This document shows positions 56,237-64,000 of a stretch of DNA of 64,000 nucleotides, in pieces (the first letter of the stretch is position 1; each line of letters opens with the position of its first letter). The stretch covers positions 1,248,001 to 1,312,000 of the forward strand of contig OZ244852.1 in the NCBI GenBank assembly GCA_965220965.1, given 5' to 3'. The stretch is from Candidatus Marinacidobacterium sp. (GTDB taxonomy: Bacteria > Acidobacteriota > Vicinamibacteria > Marinacidobacterales > Marinacidobacteraceae). Under the pieces are notes generated by a model that saw only the letters and a program-made list of their open reading frames with translations, was not told the DNA's origin and did no database searches. The position numbers and the translations under genes were made by a program.

Positions 56237-59200
56237 ATGCGGAAGTCCACTTTCGTGCTGCTTCTCGTGGCGTTGCTCGCCCTGCCGGCCCTTGCGCTCG
56301 GTCAGGGTGGCGACTCCAGTATCCGCGGCACTGTCACTGACGACACGGGCGCCGTTCTGCCCGGCGTGACGGTCACCGTCACGAGTCCGGCCCTCATCGC
56401 AGCCGAGATCGCCGTAACCGACGCTCAGGGCGGCTACCGGCTGCTCAACCTTCCGGTGGGAGAGTACGTGCTCGAGGCGGCGCTCTCCGGCTTCGCCACC
56501 TACCGGCAGGAAGGCATCCTGGTCCGCGCCAGCACGAACATCGGCGTCGACCCGGTGATGTCGATCAGCGCGGTGCAGGAGACCGTCACGGTCACCGCCG
56601 AAACGCCCATGCTGGAAATCTCCCGGCCGGGCAACATCCTCACCATTGAGGGCGACCTCCAGCGCGACCTGCCCATCCAGGCTCGCGGCAACTGGAGCGA
56701 CTTCCTCGAGATGACACCGGGCGTCAACGCCCGTCCGTTCGACGACGGCTCGGGCCGGATGGTCTACTTCGGCCACGCGACCGAGCATTTCTCGCACGTC
56801 ATCCAGCTCGAGGGCATGGCCGCCGCCGGCTACACCGACTCGCAGGTCACCTACGTCGGCATGAACGCCGACATGATGGAGGACATGTCCGTGAAGACGG
56901 GCGGCGCCGAGGCCAAGGACCCGATGGGCACCGGTCTGATCATCAACGTGATCACCCGCAGCGGCGGAAACGAACTCGGTGGATCCGCGGCCTACGACCT
57001 CCAGTCGTTCGACTGGGGCACCGGAGACGAAAGCGGCCTGGGAGGCCTTCTTGGCGACAACGAACTCCCGAGCAATTTCGATCCGTTCGCCACGGAGAAG
57101 GCGAACTTCGCCTCGCTGGGCGTCTATGACCCGCCGGAGGGTCGCGCCGCCGCCGCGGGAACGCCGACCGCCCACCAGGTGCGTCAGGCCGACTTTTCGC
57201 TTGGCGGACCCGTCATTCGCGACAAGGCGTGGTTCTTCGCCTCATACCGCTACGCGGACCTCGCCGCCCGGATCAGCCGGGGCGCCACGGACCTTGAGCG
57301 GTTGAGCGCCCTTTCGGGCATCCCTGTCGGCGACCGCGGCACGACACCGGTCTACGAAGAGTTCCTGAACACGACGCGGAGCCATCAGCCCTACGTCAAG
57401 TTCAGCTCCCAGCTCACCGGGAACCACGAACTGAACATCTACTACCAGCGCGACACGACGGACAACACCTCGAACCGCGAGTACGACCTCGCGCCGCGTC
57501 TCACCGTCCAGACGGGCGGCAACCTCTTCGGCGGAAAGCTGACGTCGGTCTTCGGCGACGCCATGACGGGACAGTTCACGTTCTCGTACAACAACAAGGC
57601 TTCGCTGACTCCTCAGACCAAGCAGCCGCAGTTCGACGCGCTCCCGATCTCGATCACGATCCAGAACGGGTTCTCGGTGGACGACAGCGGCGAGACGAGC
57701 GGCGGCGGCCGAATCGCCGCGCTCGGAGCCGGCAACGGGACGGACCGTCCCGCGCGCCTCGTGCTCTTCCGCGCTGACATGACCCGTTACGTTGACAACG
57801 TGGCCGGATCGCACGAGATCGGCTTCGGCGTCTACGCCGCGCCCTTCAGCACCTACCCGAGCACCACGCTCTACACGACCTCCGGCGGCTGGGGCAGCGA
57901 GAACCACACCCCGATCGACGCGAACGGCAACCCGACGACCGACCTCAGCCAGGCGGTCGCCACTCGCTGGTACTCGCGCAGCCGGACCGGCGACCCCAAC
58001 GGCCCCATCGACTCGCTCAAGACGCGCGACGCGCAGGACAGCGACATCGGCATCTACCTCCAGGACTCCTGGAAGCCGATCGACCGCCTGACCCTGAACC
58101 TCGGCGTCCGGACCGACTTCGTGCGGCGGTACGACGGCATCCTTGATCTGGAACGGATGAACACCGTCGCCATCGGCCCGCGGGCCGGCTTCGCGTACCA
58201 GCTCACCGAGGACGGCCGGAACATCCTTCGCGGCAACATCGGCCGGGTCCACGAGCAGGTGAATGGCCGCGACGCGGTCACCAGCGTCCATGGAGGCGTT
58301 TCCGTAGGCAGCTACACCGAGTACGACCACGACGTGGACGGCGTTCCTGATTACACGGTCTATGAGCCGCCGGCCGCCGGGATTCCGAACGAGTACCTCT
58401 TCGACAGCAGTATCGGACAGCCGTTCGTCGACGAGGCGATCGTCGGACTGCGCCGCCAGTTCCAGGGTCAGTTCGCGATGGATGTGGCGCTGGTCCACCG
58501 TCGCTACACCGACAACTACGCGCTGCTCGAGCAGAACGGCTTCTATCCGAGCTGCTGCCCCGCCTCCCCGCCGCTGGGCGAGTTCCAGTACGGCGCCGTG
58601 GATGTCGCCTACGGGGACGTCCTGCAGCAGACGAACAACGCCTGGAGCAAGCTCGTCTACACCGCGCTCGAGATCACCTCGACGCGGCGGACCGAGCGGA
58701 TGTCGGCGACGCTGAACATCAGCAGGCAGTGGCAGAGCTTCGCCGGGGACTGGAACCCGACCGATCCGGCCGCGTTCATTCAGCCCGAGAAGTTCGCCTC
58801 GAACAAGGCGCTCTACATGCCGCGCGGCAACAACGAGCACGACACGCTGCGGGCCAGCACGGTCACGTCTTACGCGCCGACCTGGCGGCAGTTCTCGATC
58901 CGCGGCGGGATGAGCTACCTGATGCCGTACGACATCACGTTGGCGGTCAGCTACACAGCAAACGCGGGACCGTGGTCGGGCCCCATCCTGGAGCGGCTCG
59001 CGTCAAGCGACCCCCAGGTCACCCAGTACGGGCCGGGAAATGCCAACAACGGCCGTTCGAACCCTCTGGCGACCCGCTACCGCATCGTGGGCGCGGACCG
59101 GGGCGAACTCCAGGTCCAGGCCCCGACGGTCCATACGGTCGGCCTCTCGCTTGGCAAGATCCTGGATCTGGGCTTCACGCAGTTCGAGGCCTCGCTGCAG

Positions 59201-59341
59201 TTCTTCAACCTGCTCGATGCGGCGAACCACAACCAGTTCACCTACTCCGGCGCCAACCGGACGTGGGTTCCGGCCTTCCTCGAGCTGAGGAGCCGGCAGA
59301 ATGCCCGGACGATGCTCTTCCGCGGAACCTTCCGGTTCTAG
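56237..59341 (+). CDS. TonB-dependent receptor (Oar-like, CarboxypepD_reg N-terminus)
   Basis: AGGAGG RBS, signal peptide, GTVTD.TGAVLPGVTV, NVITRSGGN, LGGPV.RDK.WFF, YLQDSW, C-terminal FRF. Confidence 0.93.
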   Translation: MRKSTFVLLLVALLALPALALGQGGDSSIRGTVTDDTGAVLPGVTVTVTSPALIAAEIAVTDAQGGYRLLNLPVGEYVLEAALSGFATYRQEGILVRASTNIGVDPVMSISAVQETVTVTAETPMLEISRPGNILTIEGDLQRDLPIQARGNWSDFLEMTPGVNARPFDDGSGRMVYFGHATEHFSHVIQLEGMAAAGYTDSQVTYVGMNADMMEDMSVKTGGAEAKDPMGTGLIINVITRSGGNELGGSAAYDLQSFDWGTGDESGLGGLLGDNELPSNFDPFATEKANFASLGVYDPPEGRAAAAGTPTAHQVRQADFSLGGPVIRDKAWFFASYRYADLAARISRGATDLERLSALSGIPVGDRGTTPVYEEFLNTTRSHQPYVKFSSQLTGNHELNIYYQRDTTDNTSNREYDLAPRLTVQTGGNLFGGKLTSVFGDAMTGQFTFSYNNKASLTPQTKQPQFDALPISITIQNGFSVDDSGETSGGGRIAALGAGNGTDRPARLVLFRADMTRYVDNVAGSHEIGFGVYAAPFSTYPSTTLYTTSGGWGSENHTPIDANGNPTTDLSQAVATRWYSRSRTGDPNGPIDSLKTRDAQDSDIGIYLQDSWKPIDRLTLNLGVRTDFVRRYDGILDLERMNTVAIGPRAGFAYQLTEDGRNILRGNIGRVHEQVNGRDAVTSVHGGVSVGSYTEYDHDVDGVPDYTVYEPPAAGIPNEYLFDSSIGQPFVDEAIVGLRRQFQGQFAMDVALVHRRYTDNYALLEQNGFYPSCCPASPPLGEFQYGAVDVAYGDVLQQTNNAWSKLVYTALEITSTRRTERMSATLNISRQWQSFAGDWNPTDPAAFIQPEKFASNKALYMPRGNNEHDTLRASTVTSYAPTWRQFSIRGGMSYLMPYDITLAVSYTANAGPWSGPILERLASSDPQVTQYGPGNANNGRSNPLATRYRIVGADRGELQVQAPTVHTVGLSLGKILDLGFTQFEASLQFFNLLDAANHNQFTYSGANRTWVPAFLELRSRQNARTMLFRGTFRF

Positions 59342-59366
59342 ACGAGAGCCTCTGACGGATTAACGG

Positions 59367-59396
59367 GCGCCCGGGCCGCTTCGGCGGCCCGGGCGT
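59367..59396 (+). terminator. GC-rich hairpin between convergent genes, probable terminator
   Basis: GCGCCCGGGCCGC-TTCG-GCGGCCCGGGCGT; weak U-tract. Confidence 0.6.
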
Positions 59397-59454
59397 TCCG
59401 CTGTACGGCGCGGATGAAGAGTGGAAGATCAGCCGCCTGGAGGCGGCCGCTGAT

Positions 59455-60333
59455 TCATCGTCGGGACGACCACCCCAGGTCGACACTGAGCAGGAAGAAG
59501 CGAGGACGGATTTCGGTGTCGATCCCGACTTCCGGGAAGACCAGATCCACGCCGGGAAACTCGGACCCGTCTGTCGCGACGAACGCGCGCGCCCAGCGCC
59601 CCTCGGCATGGCGCGTCCACCCGAAAAACCCGTCAAGCCGGAGTCGCGCGAGGAAGTGTCCACGCCGGACGGAAACGCCGAACGAAGCGCCGATAAGGGG
59701 GACGCGGCGATCCGATCGTGATCGGTGATCCACGGCGCGCAACGAACCCTCGAAGACATCATCCCCGATCTGCACAGTCTCGACTGGCGAATGGAAGAGA
59801 TCATCGAGTGCGCTCAGGTCATCCTCGGCCAGACCGGCGAAGCCGCCGCCGATGGCGACGAAGGGACGCAGGGAACGGGTGTCCGGTCCCAACTCCCGCA
59901 GCAACATCGCACCGACGAGGGACGCGCTTTCGTCAGACGGATCTGCGACGTATGGCCATTCTTCGCGCAAGACGCTCACCGCAGTCAGCCCATCCCCAGT
60001 AACGCGGTGGTGGAACAGCTCAAGTCCCCACGGTCCCCGCATTGCCCGAACGCCCAAACCCAGACTCAGACTTCTGAGGTAGCTGACCGTGTCGTCTTCG
60101 AAGTACCCGTGCTCCGCTGCCAGGAACCGGAACCTCCCCCTCGCCGCCAGCCCGGCCCCCCCCGCGCGGCCGAAGAGCTGCACGGCCCAACGCGATGGAT
60201 CGGATTCAGCGGCCTGGAGCGACTCTTCGGGCTGCGCTGGTTGTTTCGATTTCCGGCGGTCGTCGTCTGCGTCAGCGACGAGCGGCACACCCATCGCCAG
60301 GGTCAGGGAAAGCAGCGTGATGAAGCGAAGCAT
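59455..60333 (-). CDS. Hypothetical exported protein, probable outer-membrane beta-barrel
   Basis: GGGAGG RBS, signal peptide MLRFITLLSLTLAMGVPLVA, amphipathic strands (LRPFVAIGGG), ends FFLLSVDLGWSSRR. Confidence 0.6.
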   Translation of the reverse strand: MLRFITLLSLTLAMGVPLVADADDDRRKSKQPAQPEESLQAAESDPSRWAVQLFGRAGGAGLAARGRFRFLAAEHGYFEDDTVSYLRSLSLGLGVRAMRGPWGLELFHHRVTGDGLTAVSVLREEWPYVADPSDESASLVGAMLLRELGPDTRSLRPFVAIGGGFAGLAEDDLSALDDLFHSPVETVQIGDDVFEGSLRAVDHRSRSDRRVPLIGASFGVSVRRGHFLARLRLDGFFGWTRHAEGRWARAFVATDGSEFPGVDLVFPEVGIDTEIRPRFFLLSVDLGWSSRR

Positions 60334-60621
60334 GGATGTCCTCCCGTCAAGCGGGGACCCAACCGGCGGAGACGGCCGGCGCCTTCCGTGTCGCGAGTCC
60401 CCTCTGGCGCCTGCAAGCAATCCGGTGGCCACGAATCGAGGCCCGGCGGGAAGGCCCCGTCCACGGCGCTCCGGTCCGCCGCTTCTTCCCGATCGCGCGT
60501 CCAGCCCCCGGATCCTTGCCGGCAAGTTCCCGTCGGTCATCGCGTCGCGAGCGGGCCCGAGCCGCTCCGCCGTACACTCGGAGCCCGATTCCCCTGCCCT
60601 GACTTCCGGAGGCGACCCGTG

Positions 60622-62070
60622 ATGCGCAAGATCTCCCTTCTCCCGCTCCTTGCTGGAGCCCTCGTCCTCCTCGCCCTGCCCGCGGTCGCGGCCGCGCAGG
60701 GGGGAAACGACCCCGCTGACACGCTGACCCGTTTCCTGGACGGCCAGAAGACCGACTTCGAAGAGGTCGCGCTCTCGATCTGGGAGTGGGCGGAGGTCGG
60801 CTACCAGGAAGAGTGGAGCTCCGCCCTGCTCCAGGAACAGCTCGTCGCCGCCGGGTTCTCGGTGGAGAGCGGGGTCGCCGGGATGCCGACGGCCTTCATC
60901 GGCGAGTGGGGAACCGGCGGCCCGGTGATCGGCATCCTCGCCGAGTACGACGCGCTGCCCGGCATCACGCAGACCGCGGCGCCGGAGCCGATGGAGCGGC
61001 ATGATGTGGCCGCCGGACACGCCTGCGGCCACCACCTCTTCGGGACCGCGTCGGTCGCCGCCGGCCTGGCGGTCAAGGACTGGCTGGAGCGCTCGGGAAC
61101 CCCGGGGCGGATCCGGGTCTACGGCACGCCCGCCGAGGAAGGGGGCGCCGGGAAGGTCTACATGGTGCGGGAAGGGCTCTTCGCGGATGTGGACGCGGTG
61201 CTCGCGTGGCACCCCGGAGACCGCAACGACGCGAGCCCGGGTGACTCGCTCGCCAACCTGTCGGCCAAGTTCCGCTTCCGCGGCGTCTCGGCGCACGCCG
61301 CCAGCGCCCCCGATCAGGGACGGTCCGCGCTGGATGCAGTCGAGGCGATGAACTTCATGGTGAACCAGATGCGCGAGCACGTCCACGAGCGCAGCCGGAT
61401 CCACTACGTGATCACGAACGGGGGCGCCGCGCCCAACGTGGTTCCGAACTTCGCCGAGGTCTACTACTACAACCGCCACCCCTCGGTGGAGGTGGCGCGG
61501 TCGAACTGGGAGCGGATCCTGCAGATCGCGGATGCAGCGGCGCTCGGGACCGGGACCGAGGTGGAGCACGAGGTCATCCACGGGCTCTACAACCTGCTTC
61601 CCAACGAACACATCGGACGCCTGCTGTTCGACAACATGCAGGCGGTCGGCGGATTCCGCTACAACGACGAGGAACGGGCGTTCGCCGAGGAGATCCAGCA
61701 ACACCTCGCGAACCCCCGCCCCATCGGCTCCCAGGAGGAAGTGGAGGAATGGTCGCGGACTCCGGCCGGCGGCTCGACCGATGTCGCCGACGTGAGCTGG
61801 GTCGTGCCCACCGCGCAGTTCCGGACCGCGACCTGGGTCCCCGGCACGCCGGCCCACAGTTGGCAGGCGATCGCCGCCGGCGGAACCACGATCGGCCTCA
61901 AGGGGATGCACATGGCAGCCCAGATCCTGGCGCGCACCGCGGCGGACCTCTTCTCCGACCCCTCGACCCTGTCCGCCGCGCTCGAGGAGCTGAACGCGGC
62001 CCGCGGGCCGGACTTCGTCTACGAACCCCTGGTCGGAGACCGTCCTCCGCCACTCGACTACCGACGCTGA
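60622..62070 (+). CDS. M20 amidohydrolase, AbgB (p-aminobenzoyl-glutamate hydrolase B)-like, with signal peptide
   Basis: LAEYDALPG, GHACGHH, GTPAEEGG, WHPG, GGSTDV.DVSW, PAHSWQ. Confidence 0.9.
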   Translation: MRKISLLPLLAGALVLLALPAVAAAQGGNDPADTLTRFLDGQKTDFEEVALSIWEWAEVGYQEEWSSALLQEQLVAAGFSVESGVAGMPTAFIGEWGTGGPVIGILAEYDALPGITQTAAPEPMERHDVAAGHACGHHLFGTASVAAGLAVKDWLERSGTPGRIRVYGTPAEEGGAGKVYMVREGLFADVDAVLAWHPGDRNDASPGDSLANLSAKFRFRGVSAHAASAPDQGRSALDAVEAMNFMVNQMREHVHERSRIHYVITNGGAAPNVVPNFAEVYYYNRHPSVEVARSNWERILQIADAAALGTGTEVEHEVIHGLYNLLPNEHIGRLLFDNMQAVGGFRYNDEERAFAEEIQQHLANPRPIGSQEEVEEWSRTPAGGSTDVADVSWVVPTAQFRTATWVPGTPAHSWQAIAAGGTTIGLKGMHMAAQILARTAADLFSDPSTLSAALEELNAARGPDFVYEPLVGDRPPPLDYRR

Positions 62071-62113
62071 GCCGCGGAGCCGCCAGTCCGCCTGCCGTCG
62101 ACGGCAATCCCTG

Positions 62114-62380
62114 ATGCGCACGAACGTGACCATCGACGACGACATCGCCGAAGCCATCTCGCAGCGGCGCAGGCGTTCGGGCCAGACCCTGTCGCAGGTC
62201 GTGAATGCGCTCCTCCGCGCCGGGCTTCGAGCGGACGCCGCTCGCCGCGAGCAGCCATACCGGTCTGCGACGTTCCCCCTTCGTCTGCGGCCGGGCGTCA
62301 GCCCGGACAGGCTCAACGAGCTCGTGGATGAACTCGAGGCGGCGCGGTACCGCGAGGGCCCGGCCAGCCCGGACGGGTGA
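62114..62380 (+). CDS. Ribbon-helix-helix antitoxin (VapB-like), orphan
   Basis: MRTNVTIDDD...LSQVVNALLRAGL...LVDELE. Confidence 0.75.
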   Translation: MRTNVTIDDDIAEAISQRRRRSGQTLSQVVNALLRAGLRADAARREQPYRSATFPLRLRPGVSPDRLNELVDELEAARYREGPASPDG

Positions 62381-62409
62381 TCTGGCGGGGCCGTGAAGCG
62401 AGGCGCTCC

Positions 62410-62529
62410 ATGAGCGCCGCCGCCAACCCCTTCCGGCCGGGCGCCGGGACGAGACCACCCCTGCTCGCGGGACGGGACGTCGAGCTGCGCGTGATCGGTC
62501 GGGCTCTGGACGAGCTGGCCGAGGGGCGG
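62410..62529 (+). pseudogene. N-terminal remnant of an AAA_16-type ATPase
   Basis: MSAAANPFRPGAGTRPPLLAGRD..L typical N-terminus; similarity is lost before any Walker A; end approximate. Confidence 0.6.
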
Positions 62530-62581
62530 CGCCGGCGGCCATGCCATACACTCGGTTTCCGCTCCGGAGGCGCTCCCGCCG

Positions 62582-63973
62582 ATGATGAACCGCAACGCAT
62601 CCACGAAACTCCGCTCCCGTTACGCCGTCCCGCTCGCGGCGCTGGGCCTGATCGCCGGCCTCGGCGTCGAGGCCGCCGCCCAGGGCCGGATCCGGATGGC
62701 CTTCACCGGCGACTCGATCATCACCCGTAAGCTGAGCGTCTACGACGAGCCGCAGTACATGGCGATGATCGACATGCTGCGGGAGGTGGACCTCGCCTTC
62801 ACCAACATCGAAGTCCTCTTCCACGACTGGGAGTCCTACCCGATGAGCTCGAGCGGGGGCACCTACATGCGCGCCCAGCCGGAGCTGGTGCACGAGCTCA
62901 CCTGGGCCGGATTCGACCTCGGCTCGCTGGCCAACAACCACTCGGGCGACTTCGGCCCCCCGGCGATGCTGCTCACCGAGAAGTACGTGCGGGAAGCCGG
63001 GATGGTGGCCGCCGGCGTCGGCCGGAGCCTCGCCGAGGCCCGGGAAGCCAAGTTCGTCGAGACCCGCGCGGGCCGGGTGGCGCTCATCTCGATGTCCTCG
63101 ACCTTCCCCGACCATTCGCGCGCCGGCAAGTCGCGGGATGACATTCCGCCGCGGCCGGGACTGAACCCGCTGCGCCACACGAGGATCTACGAGGTCACCC
63201 GCGAGCAGCTCGAGGGCGTCCGCGCCACGATGCGGGACCTGGGGATGAACCCGCCCGAGGCCTCCGACCGGCTCAACTTCCTCCGGCAGCGCTTCGAGGT
63301 CGCCGACGCTCCCGGGATCCGCACGGAGCCCCACGCCGAGGACATGGCGGAAATCGCCTCGATCGTCTCGAACGCCGCCCGGCAGGCCGACTACGTGATC
63401 GTCACGATCCACGCCCACGAAAGCGCCGGGAACCGCTTCGTCCCGGCGCAGTTCGTGGAGACCTTCGCCCGCGCCATGGTGGACGCCGGAGCCTCCGTCT
63501 TCGTGGGCCACGGTCCGCACGTCCTGCGCGCCATCGAGATGTACCGCGGCGCGCCGATCATGTACAGCCTCGGCGACTTCGTCTTCCAGAACGAAACCCT
63601 GCAGCGCCTGCCCTACGAGAACTACGACAACCTCGGGCTCGACGAGGGCGCCGGGCTCGCCGACTTCAACGAGGCCCGCTACAACAACGACACGACCGGC
63701 TTCCCCGCCACCCCCGAGATCTGGGAGGCGGTGATCGCGGTTCCCGAGTGGGAGTCGGGCCAGCTCGCCGAGCTGACGCTCCACCCGATCACCCTGATGC
63801 ACGGGCAGCCGCGACAGGTCCGGGGTCGGCCGATGTACGCCGAGGGCGCCCTCGCCGACAAGATCCTGGACGACCTGATCCGGCTCTCCGAGCCCTACGG
63901 GACCGAGTTCGAGGTCCGGGACGGCGTCGCCCGCGTCGTCCTTCCCGAAGCCTCGACGGACGCCCAGCAGTGA
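62582..63973 (+). CDS. CapA (PGA_cap) family metallophosphoesterase, secreted
   Basis: FTGD, FTNIE, LANNHSGD, TIHAHE, GHGPHV, YSLGDF. Confidence 0.9.
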   Translation: MMNRNASTKLRSRYAVPLAALGLIAGLGVEAAAQGRIRMAFTGDSIITRKLSVYDEPQYMAMIDMLREVDLAFTNIEVLFHDWESYPMSSSGGTYMRAQPELVHELTWAGFDLGSLANNHSGDFGPPAMLLTEKYVREAGMVAAGVGRSLAEAREAKFVETRAGRVALISMSSTFPDHSRAGKSRDDIPPRPGLNPLRHTRIYEVTREQLEGVRATMRDLGMNPPEASDRLNFLRQRFEVADAPGIRTEPHAEDMAEIASIVSNAARQADYVIVTIHAHESAGNRFVPAQFVETFARAMVDAGASVFVGHGPHVLRAIEMYRGAPIMYSLGDFVFQNETLQRLPYENYDNLGLDEGAGLADFNEARYNNDTTGFPATPEIWEAVIAVPEWESGQLAELTLHPITLMHGQPRQVRGRPMYAEGALADKILDDLIRLSEPYGTEFEVRDGVARVVLPEASTDAQQ

Positions 63974-64000
63974 TCCCGGCGCCGGGCCTGCGGGCCCCGG

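Noticed and set aside
60334-62604. Extension of the minus-strand ORF to 1049 aa
   Set aside because: Antisense to the amidohydrolase and antitoxin; RBS and signal peptide mark the start at 60333

Overview
High-GC (roughly 70% by eye) bacterial chromosome segment. Gene content (GWxTD protein, Oar-type TonB-dependent receptor, Gly-rich TonB, DUF6677-like protein, HlyD+ABC pair without permease) suggests Acidobacteriota, possibly host- or sponge-associated (inference). Most of the window is housekeeping: lolD/lolC-E/lysS/nusB/ribH, a nucleoside salvage cluster, coaD/rsmD, recG/miaA, clpC/bamA/skp/fabZ and apaG, plus many secreted hydrolases. Highlights: (1) a strictly phased 23-bp-period array (13-bp core TGACAATCAGCCG plus 10 variable bp; two blocks of 4 units around a 69-bp AT-rich core) ending exactly at the ATG of an AAA+/DUF4143 PD-(D/E)xK ATPase, inside a ~5-kb accessory block between recG and rsmD; (2) an octaheme HAO-like cytochrome coupled to an internally duplicated 4-His membrane protein; (3) a ~220-bp CTAG-flanked MITE before apaG; (4) an orphan antitoxin and an ATPase fragment; (5) bamA-skp-fabZ with no lpx genes; (6) a sigma-54 promoter in front of the TonB-dependent receptor. 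No rRNA, tRNA or CRISPR array was seen. All family calls come from motif recognition, not database searches.
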